This document shows positions 24,995 to 32,934 of a stretch of 33,609 nucleotides of DNA, one piece after another. The stretch's first letter is position 1; each line of letters begins with the position of its first letter. The notes beneath the pieces are model-generated. The model had not been told where the DNA came from. It saw nothing but the letters and a program-made list of their open reading frames with translations, and made no database searches. Source of the DNA: a virus. The DNA lies in IMG/VR virus record IMGVR_UViG_3300040801_002597, positions 1 through 33,609 of that record; one strand, 5' to 3'. A program made the translations under genes and the position numbers.

Positions 24995-25027
24995 GGCGCA
25001 CCATGGGGGTACGCCTATCAATTTTTT
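24995..25027. terminator. Hairpin terminator at the end of the late operon (T/A tracts on both sides)
   Basis: GGCGCACC pairs with GGTACGCC with 1 mismatch. TTTTTT lies 6 nt downstream on the plus strand, and TTTTCTTTT is immediately adjacent on the minus strand. Confidence 0.5.
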
Positions 25028-25053
25028 ATAAACATTAACAGGTGCATCATACC

Positions 25054-25338
25054 ATGATAAATTCAGTTTGCAAGTATCAATTTCTTTTTTCCAAAATTGA
25101 CGGCTCAAATCTTTTAGAATCAAGCTTTTTAAGTTGTATATTTGATTCATTATTAAAAAATGGTCAAGTCGCATGCCAAAATCAAATTCCAAGTGAAAAG
25201 CTAAAACATTCCGTTAGAACTATCCAGCGCACAAAACAATCTCTTATAAAGAAAAAATGGATAGAAGTTCAAGGCCGTTCTTTTAAACAAAAAATTATTC
25301 CCGGCCAAAAATTACAAAATTTAATTAATTATATTTAA
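25054..25338 (+). CDS. Small winged-helix HTH protein (94 aa from ATG 25054; GTG 25042 possible)
   Basis: IPSEKLKHSVRTIQRTKQSLIKKKWIEVQGRS matches the wHTH recognition pattern seen in replication and regulatory proteins. Confidence 0.5.
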   Translation: MINSVCKYQFLFSKIDGSNLLESSFLSCIFDSLLKNGQVACQNQIPSEKLKHSVRTIQRTKQSLIKKKWIEVQGRSFKQKIIPGQKLQNLINYI

Positions 25339-25348
25339 GGAGAAAAAT

Positions 25349-26101
25349 ATGTCATCAATTTTTTACAAACATTACACTTGCTTGTATCGCCAATCTGATT
25401 TAGATATTCATGAAATATCAATATTAAATATTGTTATATCTCACACAAATAAAAAAAACATATCTAATCAATCCAATATTGGCCTCTATAATATTCTTAA
25501 AAACATCATGAGTTTTTCTAAAATAAATAAAGCTATGAGCGCTTTACAAAAAAAAGGTTATTTAATCGCATTTGGTAAAACGTATAACAGAAAATTACAG
25601 CTATCTGAAAAGCTACTAAAATTACTTGATCGCACCAAAAATGTCATTGATGAAAAATTGAACGATGTTTCCTGTGAGGAAAGGGATGTTTCCTGTGAGG
25701 AAAGGGATGTGTCACCACAGGACAATATAATAGATAATACTAATAGATCTTTAATAGATAATAACCCTGATGTTGTTGTTTCTGATTCTTTTGTTGAAAA
25801 GAAAGTACTTAGTGCCAGACGTGAGAATCTTGAAAATAACGAGCCCAACGTGCCAAACGATAACTTCTTAGAGGTTATTAAGGCACACATTAAAAGTCGT
25901 CAGGAAAAGGCTGACGTTAGCTTTCATCACGCATTAAACGGCGTTATCAAGATAATTAAGACCACAGGCTTTAAATTGCCAAAAGGTTTTAAAACAAAGC
26001 GCCAGAGAGCTTTAGAGAATGATGAAATTCAGCGACGATTAAAATTACAGGAAGAGTATAGCCGAAACAAAGCACTTAAAGAGTTGGGTCTTCTGGCATG
26101 A
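25349..26101 (+). CDS. Second O-like initiator-architecture protein (wHTH, repeat linker, C-terminal domain)
   Basis: A strong AAGGAG RBS is present. The wHTH-like segment is FSKINKAMSALQKKGYLIAFGKTYNRKLQL. The duplicated DVSCEER linker is encoded by 21-bp repeats. The 3' end overlaps the convergent helicase gene by 26 nt. Confidence 0.55.
   Translation: MSSIFYKHYTCLYRQSDLDIHEISILNIVISHTNKKNISNQSNIGLYNILKNIMSFSKINKAMSALQKKGYLIAFGKTYNRKLQLSEKLLKLLDRTKNVIDEKLNDVSCEERDVSCEERDVSPQDNIIDNTNRSLIDNNPDVVVSDSFVEKKVLSARRENLENNEPNVPNDNFLEVIKAHIKSRQEKADVSFHHALNGVIKIIKTTGFKLPKGFKTKRQRALENDEIQRRLKLQEEYSRNKALKELGLLA
25664..25775 (+). promoter_or_regulatory. Putative second origin-like element (ori2): 21-bp iterons plus AT-rich tract
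   Basis: GATGTTTCCTGTGAGGAAAGG occurs at 25664-25684 and 25685-25705, with a partial third copy at 25706-25721 containing the inverted CACAGG. An AT-rich tract with AATAGATAATA x2 follows. Confidence 0.45.
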
Positions 26102-27755
26102 TATAATCAACAACTTGCAAACCCCATTTGGAGTTTTTACAGACAATTTTTTTAGGTCTGTCTATTCCATGTTGTTTTAAATAAGCAATAACAGCGTTTG
26201 TATTGTGAAGATGCTTGTATAAATATGATGCTTTAGGCACTAACTTTTTAAATAAATTAAAATAAGTGTATTTATAAGATGCGTCTGTGCCGGTAAAATA
26301 ATTTTGGGTAAAAGATATGCCGTCTTCTAGTTGAAATTCAAGCTCATAAATGGGGTAGCCATTATGGTTTTGCGGTGAAATGCGGAAATTAGCTTTGAGA
26401 ACGTTAAAAACTTCATGGTCTTTGGAGCATGATTTTGATAATCCAGTATTGGGATCGATTAACTGATAATCACAGTTTTTACAGTTTTTAGCGGTAATAT
26501 CATTCTCATACCAGCAATCTGGACAATTTTTCCAGTCAAACATATAACTGCAACGCTTATTGTCTGACAAACCAATACAACGGCGAGCGTGCATTGTATT
26601 GTTTGTGTCGCATTCTGGACACGGAATACAAAAATCTGGATCGTTTTTAGCTTTTTCCAAGCGCATTTCATTAACAATTAAATCGTCAATGTCACCATGG
26701 CGCTCTAAGTTACCAGCATAATCTAAAACAAGACAGTTAAGCTTTTCATCATGTAACCTTAAGCCACGACCCAAAGCTTGCAAATATAAAGTAATAGACT
26801 CCGTAGGACGCACAAAAACAACCGTATCAAATAGCGGCACATCGACGCCAGTCGTTAGACAATTTACACTGATTAAATAACAAATTTGGCCTTTTCGAGC
26901 TAATTCTAAAGATTCTTTGCGTTCTTTTGGACATGTCTTACCTGTAATAATGCGTGTTCTTTCTTCTGGTAACTGGCTGGCGCATTCATAACAATGCTTA
27001 ATGCTTGTTGCAAAAATAAAAGCCCCGCGCCTTTGCGAGACTAGACCGTGAACTTCACGCATAATTTCATGAGTAAGCGTTAAATTGTCTTCAACAACAC
27101 GGTTTAAATCTTTTTTATTAAACTGGCCATTGGTTATTTTTACATTTGAAAAATCAATATCAGACTTGTCATGATGACCATAAACCGGCATTACTAAGTA
27201 ATTATTTTTAACAAGCCAGCTTGTCGATATGTTGCAAACTTCACTTTTAAAAAAAGCTTTGTCACCAATTATAGATTCTTTGCCACGAAAAGGGGTGCCC
27301 GTCAGACCAACAACATAACAGCCATAATGATTAAATATGCGCATATACATACTGGTTGGCTTTTTAACGTCAATATTATGACATTCATCTACCACGATTA
27401 AATCAAACTCTTTTCGAGAGATAGTTCTTTCTTTCTGGATAGCTTTAACAATGCTGCCCGGGCTTGCAAATATGACTGGATAGTCATACTCTTTCTTTTT
27501 TAACGTGGCGCAATAGATACCGCAACGACCGCCTTGGCCTTCATAAGTTGCAGCATTTTGCGATATTAAGTCGCTATTCATCGTTAAACATAAAACATTT
27601 TTATTTCTGTTTTGTAAGTATAATAACAGTTCTGCAATAATAAGAGATTTTCCAGCGCCGACGCTGGCATTAACAATACAAGGATCTGTGCTATTTTCAA
27701 CTTGATAAATTAGTTTATCAAGGGCGTCTTTTTGATAAGGTCTAAGTGTCTTCAT
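26076..27755 (-). CDS. SF2 (DEAD/ResIII-type) helicase with C-terminal Cys-rich zinc-ribbon region
   Basis: Motifs LRPYQ, NASVGAGKS, VVDECH, GLTGTP and QALGRGLR. The C-terminus has CIPCPEC...C, CPDC and CKNC clusters. ATG 27755 (MKTLRPYQ) is preferred over 27779. Confidence 0.8.
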   Translation of the reverse strand: MKTLRPYQKDALDKLIYQVENSTDPCIVNASVGAGKSLIIAELLLYLQNRNKNVLCLTMNSDLISQNAATYEGQGGRCGIYCATLKKKEYDYPVIFASPGSIVKAIQKERTISRKEFDLIVVDECHNIDVKKPTSMYMRIFNHYGCYVVGLTGTPFRGKESIIGDKAFFKSEVCNISTSWLVKNNYLVMPVYGHHDKSDIDFSNVKITNGQFNKKDLNRVVEDNLTLTHEIMREVHGLVSQRRGAFIFATSIKHCYECASQLPEERTRIITGKTCPKERKESLELARKGQICYLISVNCLTTGVDVPLFDTVVFVRPTESITLYLQALGRGLRLHDEKLNCLVLDYAGNLERHGDIDDLIVNEMRLEKAKNDPDFCIPCPECDTNNTMHARRCIGLSDNKRCSYMFDWKNCPDCWYENDITAKNCKNCDYQLIDPNTGLSKSCSKDHEVFNVLKANFRISPQNHNGYPIYELEFQLEDGISFTQNYFTGTDASYKYTYFNLFKKLVPKASYLYKHLHNTNAVIAYLKQHGIDRPKKIVCKNSKWGLQVVDYIMPEDPTL

Positions 27756-28389
27756 AATGACAAAACTCATGATAAGCACACATTTTACATTGATACCATG
27801 TTGGTTTATTTGATATTTTTGGCGGCTTTATTTTAGCATTTATAATTTGCTCTGCTTTAAACAAAAGCTGTTCGTAAAGTTCTGGATTAAACGCTATGGC
27901 TTCAACTTGAATTTCTGCAGTATCTTTATCGACAGCAATAAATACACATGATTTTAAACCAGACATACCCATATAGCATTGAACTTGGCAATAATAAGAC
28001 CAACGCCATTTTTTTAAACCTTCGCGACAAAAAGCTAAAAATTCACTGTGTTTGCAGGATTTTATTTCTAAAACGTGTTCTATATCATCGATTACAATAA
28101 TGCCGTCAATATGACCGCCAAAATTTTGAACGGGTGATTTTAATTTAGGGATATCATTAGATAATAATTCAGCTTCACGCAATAAATCTTTTACAAGTGT
28201 TTCTATTCTATGGCCAAGTCTGAATATTATTTTTTGTTTTGCTGTAAAACGTTTTTTTTCTGGATTGTGATAATCATTATATATAGAGCGCGGACAATGA
28301 TTACCAATAGATGACGCACCTAGATAATTTCTAAGTGCGTCTTGTTGGTTGTTTAAGGTTTCATGTATTTTTTTTATTACAAAATCCAT
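27742..28389 (-). CDS. Cas4-like PD-(D/E)xK nuclease with 4-Cys (Fe-S type) signature
   Basis: The nuclease core is GHIDGIIV...HVLEIKSCK. The Cys pattern is C32 ... C-x2-C-x5-C (CKMCAYHEFC), as in Cas4/AddB-type nucleases. Confidence 0.7.
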   Translation of the reverse strand: MDFVIKKIHETLNNQQDALRNYLGASSIGNHCPRSIYNDYHNPEKKRFTAKQKIIFRLGHRIETLVKDLLREAELLSNDIPKLKSPVQNFGGHIDGIIVIDDIEHVLEIKSCKHSEFLAFCREGLKKWRWSYYCQVQCYMGMSGLKSCVFIAVDKDTAEIQVEAIAFNPELYEQLLFKAEQIINAKIKPPKISNKPTWYQCKMCAYHEFCHYEDT

Positions 28390-28402
28390 TTCATTTCCTT
28401 AT

Positions 28403-28945
28403 TTAAAAAGGGATGTCGTCTTGCGGTTGCAATTGGGGATCGGGTTGATAAGCAGGTGGTACACTGTCAAGCGGGTGCGGCTGTTCTTTAAAAACGCCTG
28501 TTTTACATTCAAACCCTTGAGCGGTATGCGTTTCCCGGATAAAGTTACCGCCTTTTTCACCTTGCCACCATTGACCAATAACCAAGCCAACGTATTTTTT
28601 AACTAAGGGTTGTAAATCGTCAGTAGTAGGTGCAAGGCTATGGCTAGGCTTGTAATCACATAACTTAAATATTCTAACAATTTGATTAACGCCTCTATCA
28701 CGTTTACGGGGATCGGCATCAAACGCTTTGATATTTTGTCTGACATTAAAGCCCGTAAACTCACCACCAGTTAGCTCATATTCAATTTGGTAATACTTAG
28801 CGCCATCCTCTTTTTCAATTAGCTCAGCTTTTGTTATTTTAGCAGTGGCCTTTGTACCTTCTGGTATTTTTTCAAAGTTTTTGACGTTACTGTTTTCATC
28901 ACTGCCGTCAATTGTCATGTCACTTTTTGGGGTATAAAAACTCAT
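28403..28945 (-). CDS. SSB-like protein (DUF669-type) ending in an SSB acidic tip
   Basis: It lies downstream of the Sak4-like ATPase, the usual DUF669 context. The C-terminus ...PQLQPQDDIPF mimics the bacterial SSB DDDIPF tip. Confidence 0.65.
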   Translation of the reverse strand: MSFYTPKSDMTIDGSDENSNVKNFEKIPEGTKATAKITKAELIEKEDGAKYYQIEYELTGGEFTGFNVRQNIKAFDADPRKRDRGVNQIVRIFKLCDYKPSHSLAPTTDDLQPLVKKYVGLVIGQWWQGEKGGNFIRETHTAQGFECKTGVFKEQPHPLDSVPPAYQPDPQLQPQDDIPF

Positions 28946-28948
28946 TTG

Positions 28949-29605
28949 TTATTCTCCGTTATAATATTTAATCATTTCTTTTTGTACAAAATTTAAATCG
29001 TTATCAATGTATTCATCGTTAAATAAATCCATTGGGCTTTTAGCGATACTGAAACCGTTGTTTTGTGTTAGAAACTTGTACTCACCATCAATTATTGTGC
29101 TATGTAGCACGCAAGTTACTACACCCTCTAATGTTATTTTTTCAGATAACATTTTACCGATTGTTTTAATGCGTGATATGCCTTGCGCATCGACTTCTGT
29201 ATGTGTCAAAACAAAACAGTATAAATCAGATCGACAACCTAAAAGCGCATTAAATATCGCCCATATGTGACCAGCCATTTCGGTATACTTATTATAGCCT
29301 TTTTCTTGAGCGCGGTTCATGTATTCAATACTCATTATATATTGTAAGTCATCAATAATAATGGTTTTAATATGTGGCATCTTTTCGTTAATCATGTGAA
29401 TACATTTAACAATATGCATCCAGTTAGTAGAACAAAAATAGTTACCTTTGCCGTCTTTTATTGGTATATATTTTTTTTTGTAACCTCTAAATGGCAATGG
29501 CTTATCGAGCACGCTTATAATAAACGTGCTCGCCGGGTCAAAATTGCGGATACTGGTAGATTTACCAGTACCCGACTCGCCCATAACTAGAACTGTATTA
29601 CTCAT
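28949..29605 (-). CDS. Sak4-like (AAA_24) RecA-fold ATPase
   Basis: Walker A GESGTGKS and Walker B TIIIDD, followed by VLTHTE. Size (218 aa) and gene context fit. Confidence 0.7.
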   Translation of the reverse strand: MSNTVLVMGESGTGKSTSIRNFDPASTFIISVLDKPLPFRGYKKKYIPIKDGKGNYFCSTNWMHIVKCIHMINEKMPHIKTIIIDDLQYIMSIEYMNRAQEKGYNKYTEMAGHIWAIFNALLGCRSDLYCFVLTHTEVDAQGISRIKTIGKMLSEKITLEGVVTCVLHSTIIDGEYKFLTQNNGFSIAKSPMDLFNDEYIDNDLNFVQKEMIKYYNGE

Positions 29606-29606
29606 A

Positions 29607-30005
29607 TTATCCTCGAGGCTTGATTGTTACGTTTAATTTAGATGGTTTTGTTGTGATAAATGATTCGATTAGTTTTTTCTCATCTTCACTGGCAAATTTA
29701 TCGATGTCTTCAATAATTTTTGTATCAACTTTATATACTTGTTGAATTTTAACCGGATTAAAGCACGCTGGAATGTGATTAGCGGCCACTTCATATTCAT
29801 CTTTATTGACCGTATAATTTAAGCCAGTTTTAACAACCACATCAAATTTATCAACATGATATGTTTTTTGACCTGTTAAATCATGTTTAAGTTCATGTTG
29901 TATTTTTTGTTCTAACTCATCTTTAATGCGTTTAAGTTCAGCAATTTGATAATTAACTGTGTTTAACGTTTCAATATTCTCTAATAATAAATTTTGCATT
30001 TGCAT
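29607..30005 (-). CDS. Coiled-coil protein of the recombination module (Gp157-like or Gam-like)
   Basis: It is the first gene of the operon, upstream of the Sak4-like gene. It has an N-terminal coiled coil followed by a beta-rich region. The family is not resolved by eye. Confidence 0.4.
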   Translation of the reverse strand: MQMQNLLLENIETLNTVNYQIAELKRIKDELEQKIQHELKHDLTGQKTYHVDKFDVVVKTGLNYTVNKDEYEVAANHIPACFNPVKIQQVYKVDTKIIEDIDKFASEDEKKLIESFITTKPSKLNVTIKPRG

Positions 30006-30033
30006 ATCCTCTTTTTTTTGTTAACTCGGGGAT

Positions 30034-30061
30034 ATATTATCACAACATATTTTTATGTCAA
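30034..30061 (-). promoter_or_regulatory. Leftward promoter of the recombination operon
   Basis: The minus strand reads TTGACA (30061-30056), 16-nt spacer, TAATAT (30039-30034). Confidence 0.55.
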
Positions 30062-30064
30062 TAC

Positions 30065-30093
30065 TTGATATATCAATTTTTTACATATATAAT
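30065..30093 (+). promoter_or_regulatory. Rightward early promoter with a palindromic operator candidate
   Basis: TTGATA (30065-30070), 17-nt spacer, TATAAT (30088-30093). The perfect 12-bp palindrome TTGATATATCAA (30065-30076) covers the -35. Confidence 0.6.
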
Positions 30094-30113
30094 TGTTTTC
30101 GGAGGTTCAGAAA

Positions 30114-30287
30114 ATGAAACTAGATGAACTTAAAAAAAAGTACAAAACTCATTATATGATTGCCAAAAAATTTGGTTTTGCGGTCAACTCGGTAAATTAC
30201 TGGGAGAAAGTCGGTTACATACCGAAGGCTGCGCAATACAGAATTTTTGTCCAGTCAAATGGGGAGTTTAAAATAACAGAGGTTTAA
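30114..30287 (+). CDS. Cro/YdaS-like HTH regulator (57 aa)
   Basis: GGAGG lies 8 nt upstream. IAKKFGFAVNSVNYWEKVGYIPKAAQYRI matches the Cro/YdaS HTH pattern. ATG 30114 is preferred over the ORF-track start at 30093. Confidence 0.65.
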   Translation: MKLDELKKKYKTHYMIAKKFGFAVNSVNYWEKVGYIPKAAQYRIFVQSNGEFKITEV

Positions 30288-30291
30288 TAAT

Positions 30292-30531
30292 ATGTATAAA
30301 TCACCTTTTAAAAGAGTCAAATGCAGTGATGCTGGCAAAAAGAAAATAGCACAGATACAGGATGGTTTTGACGCGCTATATCGTGGGTTGCATCATGCGG
30401 TGGGCCTAAAGCCGACAAAAGAGTTACAGGAGGCTATTAAGTTAATGAAACATGCTTGCATGTTGTATACGCGTGCCTGTGCTGAACAGCACGATTTAGA
30501 TAATCCGTTTAAATGGGTGGATAAAAAATGA
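30292..30531 (+). CDS. Hypothetical small helical protein (79 aa)
   Basis: ORF track entry with AGAGG RBS. The segment KELQEAIKLMKHACMLYTRA resembles a widespread small phage helical family whose name I cannot place. Confidence 0.6.
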   Translation: MYKSPFKRVKCSDAGKKKIAQIQDGFDALYRGLHHAVGLKPTKELQEAIKLMKHACMLYTRACAEQHDLDNPFKWVDKK

Positions 30532-30977
30532 GTAATTGTATTGTTATAGATTTGATGCATAGTGGCGCTATTGAACCAAAAACATGTCAGGCCGAGATTT
30601 TTTTTAAAAAATCATCTTGTTTGGTGCGCGTGGAATGGCTAGAACAGTTAATGCAGTCTTATCAGTGCAGATATAAGGAGGCTGAGTGTTATCGTTTTGT
30701 GTTTCCAGATCAAAGCCAGCTAATCACGACAACCGATATAATGCCTATGAATTGGTCTTATGGAAACTTTAAACACAAATATAATTTTGGGGATACCCCC
30801 CATGGCGAGTTTTTTGTAAATGACAGTATTTTGTATTTAAAAACAATAGGTAACATGGGTGTTGGTTATGACAGCCATGAGGATAAGTTTACCATATTCA
30901 CAAATTTTGAGGATGACGCCCCGGTTACTCCAGTACCACCAATCCATTCTTTAAGAATAAATTTGGAGAGTAAATAA
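30528..30977 (+). CDS. Hypothetical protein (149 aa)
   Basis: ORF track entry. The start overlaps the upstream stop (ATGA). Confidence 0.65.
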   Translation: MSNCIVIDLMHSGAIEPKTCQAEIFFKKSSCLVRVEWLEQLMQSYQCRYKEAECYRFVFPDQSQLITTTDIMPMNWSYGNFKHKYNFGDTPHGEFFVNDSILYLKTIGNMGVGYDSHEDKFTIFTNFEDDAPVTPVPPIHSLRINLESK

Positions 30978-31279
30978 TGAAATGTAATGTTGAAGTAAAT
31001 TTGGGTGAAATCATCATAGCCATTATGAATAATGTCTCGATTAATAACTTAGAAGATAAAAAGATAATTGAGCCTTATGAGCTTTTTCAGATATCTGAAA
31101 AGTTATTTTATGATGTTCTGGAAGAAATTAAGACAGAATTTAATAAACTTGATGGGGAAGTTAAGGCAAAGATTTTTGCGTCTTTTGCTCATAAAGTGGG
31201 GCTTGTTGATTTAGTTAAAATGTCAGATATTGAAAGCGAATTACAAAGAGCTTTAAAAGCGCTTGGGGAGTTACATTAA
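30977..31279 (+). CDS. Hypothetical acidic protein (100 aa)
   Basis: ORF track entry with TAATG overlap. Confidence 0.6.
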   Translation: MKCNVEVNLGEIIIAIMNNVSINNLEDKKIIEPYELFQISEKLFYDVLEEIKTEFNKLDGEVKAKIFASFAHKVGLVDLVKMSDIESELQRALKALGELH

Positions 31280-31815
31280 TGGATATTGAATTAGTAAAAT
31301 CATTAATGCATTCACCGGTAAGAAATTATGCGGTTCCGGGTGTGACTAGTTACTTAGTTAAAGAAACTGATGAATATTTATTTCGGGCGTTTCATATGGA
31401 ACGCCACCAAATAACGACTATTGTCGCGCATAGCCATAGATTTAATTTGTATTCTTATGTGTTGCAAGGTCGCGTTATGAATACAATCTGGCATCCAGTT
31501 GACGAGGTTGCAGATGATTTGGATGCTTTTTATAAAACGGAATTGAACTATAAAAACGCCTTTGGCAAATATGACATGCTAGACGTTGGCCTTAATTATT
31601 ATAAGCCTTCTAATCATCATTATGAGGCTGGTGATGATTATTATATGTCATCTTCGGATATTCATATGATTAGTTTTGAAAAAAACACGTTAGTTTTAAT
31701 ACGCGAGGATAAAAATAGTTATATTGATAAATCTTATATATTAGAGCCTGTTGATAAAAATCTTAAGCGCATACCGACATTTAAAGTTGAGAGCTGGATG
31801 TTTCAGGGGGGTTAA
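31279..31815 (+). CDS. Cupin-like protein candidate (HxH ... H metal-site pattern)
   Basis: AHSHRFNLYSYVLQGRV and YEAGDDYYMSSSDIHMISF resemble cupin motifs 1 and 2. This is a weak, by-eye match. Confidence 0.35.
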   Translation: MDIELVKSLMHSPVRNYAVPGVTSYLVKETDEYLFRAFHMERHQITTIVAHSHRFNLYSYVLQGRVMNTIWHPVDEVADDLDAFYKTELNYKNAFGKYDMLDVGLNYYKPSNHHYEAGDDYYMSSSDIHMISFEKNTLVLIREDKNSYIDKSYILEPVDKNLKRIPTFKVESWMFQGG

Positions 31816-32103
31816 GTGAGATTATATATATCTAAAAGCCGTTCACTGGCTAACTCATTTTGTAGCGCTTATAAAAGTTATCAAACGGTTATTAAAATAG
31901 CTGATGATGGTTGTGTGTTTGAAGCTAAAAGATGGGTTAGGCATGACAATAGCATTGAAGTAGACAGGTGGGTATCTAGTCCTAAAGTTGGCGATCACAA
32001 TTTATTACTGTCTTTTGGTTATACAGAGCTTAAGCCAGTCAATAAATATTTAGAAGACTTAAAAGAGTACGATGCATTAAATAAAAAACAGTGGGGTAAA
32101 TAA
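31816..32103 (+). CDS. Hypothetical protein (95 aa, GTG start)
   Basis: ORF track entry. The GTG lies directly after the upstream stop, with a GGGGGG RBS. Confidence 0.55.
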   Translation: MRLYISKSRSLANSFCSAYKSYQTVIKIADDGCVFEAKRWVRHDNSIEVDRWVSSPKVGDHNLLLSFGYTELKPVNKYLEDLKEYDALNKKQWGK

Positions 32104-32348
32104 TGAACCATTATGAAGTATATAAACAGGTTATGAGTGATACATATAACAAAAATTATACGTATAACTTGCAAAGGTTATTGAGAGACTATAATAACGA
32201 AGACGTTAATTTGGCTATTGAGAGCCTGTCCTTTGCGCTTTCGTTCTTTCAGCAGAAAAAAGAGGAACTGAAAGTACTTGAGGGTAAAGATAGCATGGCC
32301 TCTAAAATGGTCCAGCAGAATATGTTGTTAGAAGATCAGGGGGAGTGA
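32103..32348 (+). CDS. Hypothetical protein (81 aa)
   Basis: ORF track entry with TAATG overlap. Confidence 0.6.
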   Translation: MNHYEVYKQVMSDTYNKNYTYNLQRLLRDYNNEDVNLAIESLSFALSFFQQKKEELKVLEGKDSMASKMVQQNMLLEDQGE

Positions 32349-32497
32349 TGGGTGATGTTGCTGATATGATGCTAGATGGCGCTTTGTGTAATTGTTGCGG
32401 GGTTTATCTTGATGGTGAAGAACCGGGTTACCCTAGATGGTGTGATGATACAGATTGCCAGCAAATGAAGCGCTATATTGAAAGCGAGGAAAAGTGA
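32348..32497 (+). CDS. Small Cys-rich (zinc-ribbon-like) protein (49 aa; below ORF-track cutoff)
   Basis: Hand-translated: MGDVADMMLDGALCNCCGVYLDGEEPGYPRWCDDTDCQQMKRYIESEEK. TGATG overlaps are present at both ends. Confidence 0.5.
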   Translation: MGDVADMMLDGALCNCCGVYLDGEEPGYPRWCDDTDCQQMKRYIESEEK

Positions 32498-32649
32498 TGG
32501 AAATACTATGGTCGCTCTTTTTTATCTTGCTGGTCTGTAAGGTAATTGGTGTTTTGAATATAAGCTGGTGGGGTGTGTTTGCGCCCCTTGGTATATGGTT
32601 TGGGATTATGTTTGTTCTTGGGGTTGTTGCGTATCAGGTGAAGAAATAG
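32497..32649 (+). CDS. Small membrane protein, two TM helices (50 aa; below ORF-track cutoff)
   Basis: Hand-translated: MEILWSLFFILLVCKVIGVLNISWWGVFAPLGIWFGIMFVLGVVAYQVKK. Confidence 0.5.
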   Translation: MEILWSLFFILLVCKVIGVLNISWWGVFAPLGIWFGIMFVLGVVAYQVKK

Positions 32650-32715
32650 AAAGCGGTCATATCGATTTATTAGCGCATATTGATGACTTTGAAATTGAAA
32701 CTTATTAAGGGCTTT

Positions 32716-32934
32716 ATGAAACTAGAACTAACAGAAACCGAATTTTTTTATCTAACGGGTATTTTAGAAGACGTGGTTAATTCAAATAGTGTCGATGATT
32801 GTTACAAAGAACAGGCGCATATAATGTATCGGAAATTAACAAAAAAAGAATGCGCCCACGAATCAGACGGCCAGTGTTATATGTCTTATCCTTCACAATT
32901 AAAATGTAAAAAGTGCGGGGAGTTTTTAAAATGA
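32716..32934 (+). CDS. Small protein with C-terminal zinc-ribbon-like Cys cluster (72 aa; start uncertain, 32680/32683 possible)
   Basis: The C-terminus is CAHESDGQCYMSYPSQLKCKKCGEF. ORF track frame. Confidence 0.5.
   Translation: MKLELTETEFFYLTGILEDVVNSNSVDDCYKEQAHIMYRKLTKKECAHESDGQCYMSYPSQLKCKKCGEFLK

Noticed and set aside
24968-25192. 74-aa minus-strand ORF downstream of VRR-NUC
   Set aside because: It would run straight through the terminator hairpin (24995-25015). It has no RBS and overlaps the plus-strand wHTH gene.
25558-25890. 110-aa Ser-rich minus-strand ORF
   Set aside because: It is the antisense shadow of the K/E/N-rich plus-strand initiator-like gene, which has a strong AAGGAG RBS.
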